NCBI GenBank assembly: GCA_947630955.1
Contig: CANRJK010000002.1
Location: forward strand, 1-40,158
Origin: an uncultured Bacilli bacterium
Lineage (GTDB): Bacteria; Bacillota_I; Bacilli_A; RF39; UBA660
DNA: 40,158 nucleotides
Direction of reading: 5' to 3'
Shown: in pieces, positions 7,314 through 14,997 of the stretch
Layout of the letters: each line of letters opens with the position of its first letter
Position numbering within the stretch: position 1 is the stretch's first letter
Notes under the pieces: model-generated
What the model was told of the DNA's origin: nothing
The model's database searches: none
Seen by the model: only the letters and a program-made list of their open reading frames with translations
Translations under genes and position numbers: made by a program

Positions 7314-8342
7314 ATGGTAAAAAAATTTTTCGTTATTTTACTTATTTTTGCTGTTACTGGATGTGGTAGGTCTTCTAATGAAGAAGTAGATCCAACTTAT
7401 TCAATTAAATATAATGATGATTATTACAAAATATATATGCCATATAAAAAGGGTGTTGGCAACAATTATATTATTAATAGTAATGTTGTTGATTTTAATA
7501 TTGAGACGATTGAAAAAGGACTAATTCAACTTTCTAATAATTTTTTTAGTGTTAATGATTGTTACTATCAAGAAGGTCAATATTTAACACAAAATAGGTT
7601 GAAAGAATTACTTGGTAAGGATAAATTAAATAAAATAGAAACACAAACAATCAAGGGTAAAAAGATTAATCCAACGATTATATCAGCTATTTATGAAAAA
7701 AATTTTTTAGATAAGCAAGGAAATATTAAAGGTATATCTTTAGGTATTGTTTTAAATCAATATCAAGCTTATGATCAAAATAATAATTATGTTGTAATGG
7801 ATAAAAATCAAGTTGTTGATTTTGGAAAAAATGCAAGTAATAAATTGATTGATTATATGCGTGATAACTTTAAGTTAGATGAAGTACCTATTATGGTAGC
7901 GCTTTATCTTGAAGCATCACCAGAAAGTAATGTTGGTGGAAATTATTTATATTATGGTGTTTCTGATAAAAATAAAATAACATTTAATTATATTGATCAA
8001 AAAAATTATTATATGAATAGTGACAATGTTAAAAAACTTGATGTTACCAATTATAAAAATTTTGAAAAATTTGAAAATGTCATTCGAAATTATGATAACT
8101 CTATATATGTATCTGGGTTAGGTTTTTATAATGGAAATAGTTTAGCTAAATTGGATATAACAATTACTAAAAGTTATTATAGTTATGGTGATTTACTTTA
8201 TATAAGTCAATTACTTAGTGATAATGTTATCAAGTATTTTAAAGATGTTAAGGTTGTCATTGAAGTAAAAGCGATTAACGATATTAAGTCATATATTGTA
8301 AAGGAAGAGGGAGAAACATCAACTGATATATTTATTTACTGA
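7314..8342 (+). CDS. camS: CamS family sex-pheromone lipoprotein
   Basis: Lipobox LIFAVTGCG. YYQEGQYLTQNRL, NIKGISLGIVLN and EVPIMVALYLEASPESN resemble S. aureus CamS (LYQDGQFL, NIKGMTIGLAMN, DIPIHFAIYKQSSEDS) from memory. Confidence 0.7.
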   Translation: MVKKFFVILLIFAVTGCGRSSNEEVDPTYSIKYNDDYYKIYMPYKKGVGNNYIINSNVVDFNIETIEKGLIQLSNNFFSVNDCYYQEGQYLTQNRLKELLGKDKLNKIETQTIKGKKINPTIISAIYEKNFLDKQGNIKGISLGIVLNQYQAYDQNNNYVVMDKNQVVDFGKNASNKLIDYMRDNFKLDEVPIMVALYLEASPESNVGGNYLYYGVSDKNKITFNYIDQKNYYMNSDNVKKLDVTNYKNFEKFENVIRNYDNSIYVSGLGFYNGNSLAKLDITITKSYYSYGDLLYISQLLSDNVIKYFKDVKVVIEVKAINDIKSYIVKEEGETSTDIFIY

Positions 8343-8375
8343 TAAAAATATTGTATAATGTTAGTGAGGTGTCAT

Positions 8376-8858
8376 ATGAATAATTTAATTAATTTAATAA
8401 AGAAAAATAAGAAAAAATCAACAATTATAGGTGTAGGTTTAGTTGTTTTGATTATTTTTATTGTTATTTTATATTGTACAATATCTTATTTGATTCCTAA
8501 TAGCAAGAAAAGTGTTTATGGTGATCGTTGTGATATTACTGCAGAACATCCTGTGGATTCAAAAAGAAAGAGTTCTATTAAAAAATTCCTTGAAGATTAC
8601 AAAAATTATAATCTAAAAGAATTTGAAGTTAAGTGTAATTTGATTGATATCGTAATTGAAGTTGATGATAGTACTAACTTTTCAAACGTAAAGAAAATGG
8701 GTAAGAGTTTACTTTCTGTTTTTAGTAAAGATGAGGTTAAGTATTATGATATTCAGCTATTAATAAAATCAAAGAAAGATAATAGTGAATATTATCCACA
8801 AATAGGTACACATCACAAACAAATTAATGGTAGTTCAAACGATGATTTCGTTTGGTAG
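8376..8858 (+). CDS. Hypothetical single-pass membrane protein
   Basis: Start refined to ATG 8376 (MNNLINLIKK) after a GAGGTG RBS. TATAAT at 8354-8359. One TM (IIGVGLVVLIIFIVILYC). Confidence 0.65.
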   Translation: MNNLINLIKKNKKKSTIIGVGLVVLIIFIVILYCTISYLIPNSKKSVYGDRCDITAEHPVDSKRKSSIKKFLEDYKNYNLKEFEVKCNLIDIVIEVDDSTNFSNVKKMGKSLLSVFSKDEVKYYDIQLLIKSKKDNSEYYPQIGTHHKQINGSSNDDFVW

Positions 8859-8869
8859 TTGGGAGCTTT

Positions 8870-10903
8870 ATGAAAAAAAGAATATTTATATTAATAGGGG
8901 TTCTTCTAGCCGCTGGTTTAATTGGCGGTGGTATTTATTTATTTTCTAATCAAAATAATAAATATGATTATACTATTGAACAGCAACGTTGGTTAGAAAG
9001 TAATAAAAATAGTGTTATTGATATGTATATGCCTAGTGATATACCCGTTTTAACAATGGCTGGCGAAGGACTGTTCTTTGATTTTATTAATTATTTTACG
9101 AAAAATACAGAGGTTAAAATTAATCCAGTTGCTTACCAACTTAATGAGAATGTTGATAGTGAATATAGTATTTTATTAGTTGCTGATAAAACTGATAATG
9201 ATATTGAAATATTAAAAGATAATTATGTAATTATTACTAAAAATAATGTAATATATAATGATCTTAAACAATTAGCAAGTTTAAAAATAGGATATTTAAA
9301 AGATGATGGTAATGAGATTGCAAGTAGTTTAGGAACTGGCTTTAATTATGTTGCTTATAATGATAAACCGGCGATGTTAAATGCCCTTAAAAGTGGTACA
9401 GTTGACGCTATCATTGGTTTAAAGTCTATATATTTAAATGACATATTAACTAATAATTATCATATTTCTTATCAAATATTGAATATGAAAAGAAGTTATG
9501 TTTTAAGAATCAATGGTTCTAATAAAGATGTTAACGGAATTATTGAAAAAGAATATGCAAAATTTGAGAAAAATGAATTAAAGAAAGATTATAATAAAAA
9601 TTTACTTGATAATTACGTTAAAACACTTAATATATCTGAGAAAGATATGACTGATTTAAATTCTAAAACCTATACTTATGGATATTTAGATAATGGAATA
9701 TATGATAAAACATCACATAATACTTTAACTGGTACTAACTATTTTCTAGTAAAAGATTTTGCATCTTTTGCTAACATTGATATGAAATATGCCGATGCAT
9801 ATGATAGTTTAAGTGCTTTACAAGCCGCTGTTAATGATAATAAAATTGATTTTTATTTTGATACTAGTTCTTTTAATATAGAAAGTGCTAGTACGACTGT
9901 AAGACCAGTTGAAACGCAAGTTGTGCTTGCTGTTAATAATAATAACAAAATAGATATAAAAGAATTTAGTTATCTTAAGGATAAAAAAATAGCTGTTATT
10001 AAAAACAGTAAAATTGAGAAGTATTTTATTGATAATCAAATTAAAGTTAATAGTTATAATAATTATCATGATTTATTTAAAAAAGCTAATAAAGATACTA
10101 TTATAGCTATGGAACTTGGCAATTATGAATATTATAAAATTCGCGATTTATCGAATTTTCATGTTGCTTATATTTTACCTGATAAACAAGATTATGGTTT
10201 TGTTGTTAATGAAAAGAATAAAATATTTATGAATTTATTAAACTTTTATTTAGAATATACCAATGTTAATTCTGTTATTAATATTGAGTATGCTAATTCT
10301 TTTGAATATGAAGGACTTAATATTTTCTTATTTATAGCTGTCTTAATTTTATCATTAATTATTATTATTCAATGTTTCGGTCGTATTAAAAAGACAATTA
10401 AACTTATCTTTAAACGTCGTGGTAAAGCCTTAACAAAAGATGAAAAACTAAAATATATTGATAATTTAACATCCTTAAAAAATCGTGCTTATTTAAATGA
10501 TAATATTGAAAAATGGGACGATTCAGAAATATACCCACAAATAATTATTATTGTTGATTTAAATAATATTGCTTATATTAATGATAACTTTGGACATGAA
10601 GAAGGGGATAAAGTAATTACCGAGGCAGCCAATATTTTAATTCAAACACAGATGCCTAATACAGAAATTATTAGAACAGATGGAAATGAATTCTTAATTT
10701 ATATGGTTGAATATGAAGAAAAGAAAGCTGTTTCTTATATTCGTAAATTAAATAGCGAATTTAAAAATTTATCACATGAATTTGGAGCAGCTATTGGTTA
10801 TAGTATTATCAATGATGCAATCAAGACGATTGACGATGCTGTTAATGAAGCTACGCTTGATATGCGTACCAACAAAGAATTAATGAATGGGGAAAATAAA
10901 TAA
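8870..10903 (+). CDS. Membrane sensor with two extracytoplasmic solute-binding-like domains and a degenerate C-terminal GGDEF domain
   Basis: Start refined to ATG 8870 (MKKRIFILIGV) after GGGAG. TM1 at the N-terminus, then ~450 aa extracellular, then TM2 (IFLFIAVLILSLIIIIQ). The GGDEF fold shows LTSLKNRAYL, VDLNNIAYINDNFGHEEGDKVI and RTDGNEF (DGNEF at 10679-10693 in place of GGDEF). Confidence 0.85.
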   Translation: MKKRIFILIGVLLAAGLIGGGIYLFSNQNNKYDYTIEQQRWLESNKNSVIDMYMPSDIPVLTMAGEGLFFDFINYFTKNTEVKINPVAYQLNENVDSEYSILLVADKTDNDIEILKDNYVIITKNNVIYNDLKQLASLKIGYLKDDGNEIASSLGTGFNYVAYNDKPAMLNALKSGTVDAIIGLKSIYLNDILTNNYHISYQILNMKRSYVLRINGSNKDVNGIIEKEYAKFEKNELKKDYNKNLLDNYVKTLNISEKDMTDLNSKTYTYGYLDNGIYDKTSHNTLTGTNYFLVKDFASFANIDMKYADAYDSLSALQAAVNDNKIDFYFDTSSFNIESASTTVRPVETQVVLAVNNNNKIDIKEFSYLKDKKIAVIKNSKIEKYFIDNQIKVNSYNNYHDLFKKANKDTIIAMELGNYEYYKIRDLSNFHVAYILPDKQDYGFVVNEKNKIFMNLLNFYLEYTNVNSVINIEYANSFEYEGLNIFLFIAVLILSLIIIIQCFGRIKKTIKLIFKRRGKALTKDEKLKYIDNLTSLKNRAYLNDNIEKWDDSEIYPQIIIIVDLNNIAYINDNFGHEEGDKVITEAANILIQTQMPNTEIIRTDGNEFLIYMVEYEEKKAVSYIRKLNSEFKNLSHEFGAAIGYSIINDAIKTIDDAVNEATLDMRTNKELMNGENK

Positions 10904-10916
10904 TTTTCCCTTTTTT
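10890..10916 (+). terminator. Rho-independent terminator overlapping the GGDEF gene stop
   Basis: GGGAAAAT (10890-10897) pairs with ATTTTCCC (10903-10910), 5-nt loop, T6 at 10911-10916. Confidence 0.75.
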
Positions 10917-10948
10917 AAAAACAATTTTATAATTGAGATGGTGATAAA

Positions 10949-11725
10949 ATGCATATTGATGAAATAAAAAAGACGAAAAGTGGTAAATATAAAGTCACAA
11001 TCGATGGTGAAGACATAACTACTTATGATGATGTTATTTTAAAAAATAGTTTATTATATAAAAAAGATATTGATTCTAAAACTTATAATCAGATAAACAA
11101 AGATAATAATTATTATGATGCTTATAATAAGACCATGAATTATCTTCTTAGAAAAGTAAGATGTAATGAAGAGGTAAAAAAATATCTTGATGGCTTTAAT
11201 CTTAAAGAAAGCGAAAAAAAGGAAATTATTAAGCATTTAACACAAATTGGATTATTAAATGATAGAAATTATGTTAGAGCTTATATCTCTGATGCAATAT
11301 ATTTAAGAAGTGAAGGCCCATTTAAAATAAAGGATTATTTAATTAATCAAAAAATAAGTGAAGAGTTGATTGATGAAGAATTAGCAAAGATTGATTGTTC
11401 AATTATCGAAGAAAAGCTAACAAAATTAATAGATAAAAAAGTAAAACTCAATCATAAATATTCTAATTATCAATTAAAACAAAAAATTCTTATGGATATG
11501 GTTAATTTAGGTTACAATCAAGATTTAGTTATATCAATATTGGATAATTATCAATTTGAAGATTCTTCTATTTTAGATAAAGAATATGAAAAGTTATATG
11601 CTAAATTATCTGTTAAATATCATGACCATGAATTATTTAATAAAATAAAACAAAAATTATACGCTAAAGGTTTTGATATTAATGAAATAAACAAGTTTAT
11701 GGCTTCAAAAGAAAATACTATTTAG
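10949..11725 (+). CDS. recX: Recombination regulator RecX
   Basis: Three-repeat helical RecX pattern: YLLRKVRCNEEVKKYL..., IIKHLTQIGLLNDRNYVRAYISD. Confidence 0.85.
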   Translation: MHIDEIKKTKSGKYKVTIDGEDITTYDDVILKNSLLYKKDIDSKTYNQINKDNNYYDAYNKTMNYLLRKVRCNEEVKKYLDGFNLKESEKKEIIKHLTQIGLLNDRNYVRAYISDAIYLRSEGPFKIKDYLINQKISEELIDEELAKIDCSIIEEKLTKLIDKKVKLNHKYSNYQLKQKILMDMVNLGYNQDLVISILDNYQFEDSSILDKEYEKLYAKLSVKYHDHELFNKIKQKLYAKGFDINEINKFMASKENTI

Positions 11726-11730
11726 TAAGA

Positions 11731-11760
11731 TTAAAAGTCTAACGGACTTTTAATTTTTTT
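11731..11760 (+). terminator. Rho-independent terminator of recX
   Basis: TTAAAAGTC (11731-11739) pairs with GACTTTTAA (11745-11753), then T7 at 11754-11760. Confidence 0.8.
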
Positions 11761-11800
11761 ACAAGAAAAAACCTATAAGGTAATTAGTTCTTATAGGTTT
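11761..11800 (-). terminator. Rho-independent terminator of the PrsA-like gene (minus strand)
   Basis: AAACCTATAAG (11769-11779) pairs with CTTATAGGTTT (11790-11800). On the minus strand it is followed by TTTTTTCTTGT. Confidence 0.75.
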
Positions 11801-11808
11801 AAAAATTT

Positions 11809-12810
11809 TTAATCATTAACTTCTGTTTCTGATTTATTTTCTTCGTTGTTATCTTTTTTAGCTTTCTCTAATTCTTTTAGGTAATTGTTATAATCCTCTT
11901 TTAAGTCTTTATCAAAGAAAACTATTTTATATTTATTACGAAGTTCTGTTAAAACATCATATCGTAACATTTGATCATCTTCTAATTTTTGTTGAGCAAT
12001 TAAAGTTTTGATTTCTTCTTTACTGTCATCTAAGCTTTTAGCTTTATCTTTTGATATTCTTAAAACTAAATGTAAGCCATCTTCAGCTTTAACAGTATCT
12101 TTTGAATATTCTTTGTTATCTAATTTTTTGATGACTTTCCAAACTGCTTCATCAACAAGATTTTTAGTTGCCTTTTCGTTCAAACCACCATTACTAGCTG
12201 TTTGAGCAATAGAATGTTCTTTTGCTTGTTTAGCAAATTCTTCAACTAAATCGTCACCTTTTTTATCTTTAAGAGCTTTGTTGATTTCTGATACGGTATC
12301 TTTAGCTGAATCATCATCAGCAATTACAATATCACGATAAGTATAAACTGTTTTATAGTTTTCATTATAGAAACTAACAACATCTTTATCATTTATTTTA
12401 GAAGCTACTTGTTTTTCGATAGCTAAATTAAGTTTACGATCTTTTAAAATGTAAGCTCTTAAACTATCTTCATCAGTAATGCCATTGATACCTAGATATT
12501 GTGCTGAAAAAGTTGCTAGATCAGTACCATAAGCTTCAGCATAATAAGTGTAATAGTCAATAGCTTCATCGACGTAAGAAGTAATTTCATCAGTTGTCTT
12601 AATTTCTTTTTCAGCTATCTGTGAATCTATCCAATTTGTAATGGTACTATAACCATATTGACCCTTTAATTCTTTATATAATTCGTCAGCTGTATATTCT
12701 TTACCTTCAATTTTAGCTACAACTTCTTCACCATTCTTTATTTTAGTTGTGCCACAAGCTGTAGTTAATAATAATGTTAAAACAGCTAACATTAAAAATT
12801 TCTTTTTCAC
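11809..12810 (-). CDS. prsA: PrsA-like foldase lipoprotein (parvulin-type peptidyl-prolyl isomerase)
   Basis: Lipobox LLLTTACG. SurA-N-like helical region, then a parvulin-like segment (HSIAQTASNGGLNEKATKNLVDEAVWKVIKKL...EDGLHLVLRI). Confidence 0.75.
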   Translation of the reverse strand: MKKKFLMLAVLTLLLTTACGTTKIKNGEEVVAKIEGKEYTADELYKELKGQYGYSTITNWIDSQIAEKEIKTTDEITSYVDEAIDYYTYYAEAYGTDLATFSAQYLGINGITDEDSLRAYILKDRKLNLAIEKQVASKINDKDVVSFYNENYKTVYTYRDIVIADDDSAKDTVSEINKALKDKKGDDLVEEFAKQAKEHSIAQTASNGGLNEKATKNLVDEAVWKVIKKLDNKEYSKDTVKAEDGLHLVLRISKDKAKSLDDSKEEIKTLIAQQKLEDDQMLRYDVLTELRNKYKIVFFDKDLKEDYNNYLKELEKAKKDNNEENKSETEVND

Positions 12811-12931
12811 TATATCAATCCTTTCTAAAACTTATAATAGCAAATATTCAAGGAAAATTCAATCATTTAATCACACATTCATAAAAACTTCATAAAATAG
12901 TTTTGAAAAGACAAAAAGGAGGAATGATTTT

Positions 12932-13018
12932 ATGTGTTGTAATTCTGGCGTATCATCAGCTGCAATCGTATTAGTATTATTTATTCTTTTAATAATTATA
13001 CTTGGAGCATGGATTTAA
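12932..13018 (+). CDS. Tiny transmembrane protein, 28 aa (YjcZ / TIGR01732-like sporulation small protein); not in the ORF track
   Basis: AAAGGAGG RBS (12916-12923), then ATG 12932. Translation: MCCNSGVSSAAIVLVLFILLIIILGAWI. The hydrophobic core matches the F-x-LIVVLFILLIIVGA pattern I recall for the YjcZ family. Confidence 0.65.
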   Translation: MCCNSGVSSAAIVLVLFILLIIILGAWI

Positions 13019-13029
13019 GGAGGTAGTTT

Positions 13030-13182
13030 ATGTCTTGTAATGAATCATGTAATAAAGAAGTGACGCAATGCAAGAAAAATACTAATAATTGTGAACGAAA
13101 TGGCGGAGGAGTTTCTAACTTCGTTATTGTAATCGTATTATATATTCTTTTAGCAATTATAATTGGGTCATGTCTTATATAA
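13030..13182 (+). CDS. Tiny transmembrane protein, 50 aa, YjcZ-like with a Cys-rich N-terminal extension; not in the ORF track
   Basis: AAGGAGG RBS (13017-13023), 6-nt spacer, ATG 13030. Translation: MSCNESCNKEVTQCKKNTNNCERNGGGVSNFVIVIVLYILLAIIIGSCLI. Followed by a terminator. Confidence 0.65.
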   Translation: MSCNESCNKEVTQCKKNTNNCERNGGGVSNFVIVIVLYILLAIIIGSCLI

Positions 13183-13207
13183 AGAGGTTAACCTCTTTAT
13201 TTTTTTA
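13182..13207 (+). terminator. Rho-independent terminator after the tiny-ORF pair
   Basis: Palindrome AAGAGGTTAACCTCTT followed by a T-rich tail (ATTTTTTT). Confidence 0.7.
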
Positions 13208-13249
13208 CACCTTTTGACAAAATAAATATATAAATATTGCGAAAATCTA

Positions 13250-13278
13250 TTTACAAAAAAAAATATTTATTATACAAT
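13250..13278 (+). promoter_or_regulatory. SigA-type promoter of the mraZ (dcw) operon
   Basis: -35 TTTACA (13250-13255), 17-nt spacer, -10 TACAAT (13273-13278). Confidence 0.6.
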
Positions 13279-13313
13279 AGTGGTACATAGTGGAACAAAG
13301 TGGAGCTAAGTGG
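13279..13313 (+). promoter_or_regulatory. MraZ operator: four direct AGTGG repeats at exact 10-bp phasing
   Basis: AGTGG occurs at 13279, 13289, 13299 and 13309, immediately downstream of the -10 element and upstream of mraZ. Confidence 0.75.
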
Positions 13314-13322
13314 GTGGTTTTT

Positions 13323-13748
13323 ATGTTTATGGGGGAATATCACCATACAATTGATAGTAAGGGTCGAATGACAATTCCAGCTAAATTACGTGATGATTTA
13401 GGTAATGACTTTTTTATGACACGTGGTTTAGAAGGTTGCCTTTATGTCTATCCAAGAAGTAATTGGGATAGCATTATCGCTAAATACAAGGAAATACCTG
13501 ATACAAAAGATAAACGTTATTTCATGCGTATTTTCTTATCAGGCGCTGTCAATTGTGAACTTGATGCTCAAGGACGAGTTAATATTCCAATTCCACTAGT
13601 AGAATATGCAAAATTAGCAAAAGAATGTTTAATAATTGGCGTTGATGACCGTTTGGAAATATGGAGTAAAGAAGAATGGGATATCTTTATTAGTGCCAAT
13701 GAAAATAATTTGTCTGACTTAGCTGATACACTATTTACTATTAATTAA
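13323..13748 (+). CDS. mraZ: Transcriptional regulator MraZ
   Basis: Canonical MFMGEYHHTIDSKGRMTIPAKLR N-terminus and a second SpoVT/AbrB-like repeat (DAQGRVNIP). Start refined from 13290 to ATG 13323. Confidence 0.95.
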   Translation: MFMGEYHHTIDSKGRMTIPAKLRDDLGNDFFMTRGLEGCLYVYPRSNWDSIIAKYKEIPDTKDKRYFMRIFLSGAVNCELDAQGRVNIPIPLVEYAKLAKECLIIGVDDRLEIWSKEEWDIFISANENNLSDLADTLFTIN

Positions 13749-13765
13749 GCATAGGGGGTATGCTG

Positions 13766-14674
13766 ATGCATAAAAGTGTTTTGTTAGAAGAATGTATTCA
13801 TTACTTAAATTTACATCATGATTCTATTATTGTCGATTGTACCTTAGGTTATGGTGGACATAGTAGTGAGATTTTAAAAAAGATAAAAGATGGATATTTA
13901 TATTCTTTTGATCAAGATAAAGATGCGATTAATTATAGTAAAAATAGATTAGATGCAATAGCTTCAAATTACAAGATAATAAATAGTAATTTTGTTAATT
14001 TGAAAGAACAATTAAATAAATTAAAGGTAAATGAAGTTGATGGTATTTTATATGATTTAGGCGTATCAAGTCCACAACTTGATAATGATGAACGTGGTTT
14101 TAGTTTTCATCATGATGGTATTTTAGATATGCGCATGAATCAATCACAAACACTAAGTGCTTACGAAGTTGTCAACGGCTATACCTATGAACAATTAGTA
14201 GATATTTTATATAAATATGGTGAGGAAAAGTTTTCACGCAGTATTGCTTCAGCTATTGTAAGTAATAGACCAATTAAAACAACTTTACAATTAGCGGAAA
14301 TTGTAAAAAATAGTGTCCCTTTAAGGTATCGTCGTGATAAACATCCAGCTCGTAAAACTTTTCAAGCGATTCGTATTGAAGTTAACGATGAATTAAATGT
14401 TTTTGAGAAAAGTTTAAAGGATGCCTTATCATTACTCAAAGTAGGTGGACGAATTTGTGTCATTACTTTTCATTCATTAGAAGATAAGATATGTAAAAGA
14501 ATATTTAAGGAAGTTACTGAGATAGATCAGCAATTAAAACAATTACCAGTTGTACCAAGTGAATATTTACCAAATTATAAGGTAGTTAAAGTTTTAGAAC
14601 CAACGAAAGAAGAAATATTAGATAATACACGAGCAAGAAGTGCAAAGTTACGTGTTGTAGAAAGGATAAAGTAG
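13766..14674 (+). CDS. rsmH: 16S rRNA (cytosine1402-N4)-methyltransferase RsmH
   Basis: HKSVLLEE, DCTLGYGGHS, DLGVSSPQLD, RGFSF and FHSLEDK motifs. Start refined to ATG 13766 (AGGGGG RBS 7 nt upstream). Confidence 0.95.
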   Translation: MHKSVLLEECIHYLNLHHDSIIVDCTLGYGGHSSEILKKIKDGYLYSFDQDKDAINYSKNRLDAIASNYKIINSNFVNLKEQLNKLKVNEVDGILYDLGVSSPQLDNDERGFSFHHDGILDMRMNQSQTLSAYEVVNGYTYEQLVDILYKYGEEKFSRSIASAIVSNRPIKTTLQLAEIVKNSVPLRYRRDKHPARKTFQAIRIEVNDELNVFEKSLKDALSLLKVGGRICVITFHSLEDKICKRIFKEVTEIDQQLKQLPVVPSEYLPNYKVVKVLEPTKEEILDNTRARSAKLRVVERIK

Positions 14675-14675
14675 T

Positions 14676-14969
14676 ATGAAGAAAAAACAACGAAAAATGA
14701 AAATAACAGGTGAGGAAAAGTTTTTATTATTTATATCTATATCATGTATTGTTTGTCTTTTTGCTACCCAAATATTTTTTGGCGCTCAAATAAGTAATAC
14801 AAAAATGAATATTGAGAAAGTTGAATATCGTATCGAAAATCAAGCTAAGAAAAATGAATCTTTAACCATGCAGGTAAATGAATTAACTTCTTATGAAAAT
14901 GTCAGTGATGTTATTGAGGGGATGGGTCTAGCTTATAACAACAAAAATATTGTTGTTATCGGTAAATAA
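14676..14969 (+). CDS. ftsL: Cell division protein FtsL
   Basis: 97 aa with a single TM then a coiled-coil. Canonical position between rsmH and the PBP gene. Confidence 0.8.
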   Translation: MKKKQRKMKITGEEKFLLFISISCIVCLFATQIFFGAQISNTKMNIEKVEYRIENQAKKNESLTMQVNELTSYENVSDVIEGMGLAYNNKNIVVIGK

Positions 14970-14997
14970 ATTGTGCTATAATTGGTATGGTGATAAT

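Noticed and set aside
13290-13322. N-terminal extensions suggested by the ORF track for mraZ (13290). The same issue applies to 1577, 3882, 6784, 8358, 8852, 13760, 14950, 22152, 23917, 28089 and 38511.
   Set aside because: The track takes the first possible start, often TTG or GTG. In each case an internal ATG with a well-spaced Shine-Dalgarno sequence gives the canonical family N-terminus (for example MFMGEY for MraZ and MKVLIIGGG for the flavoprotein). The mraZ extension would also read through its own operator repeats.
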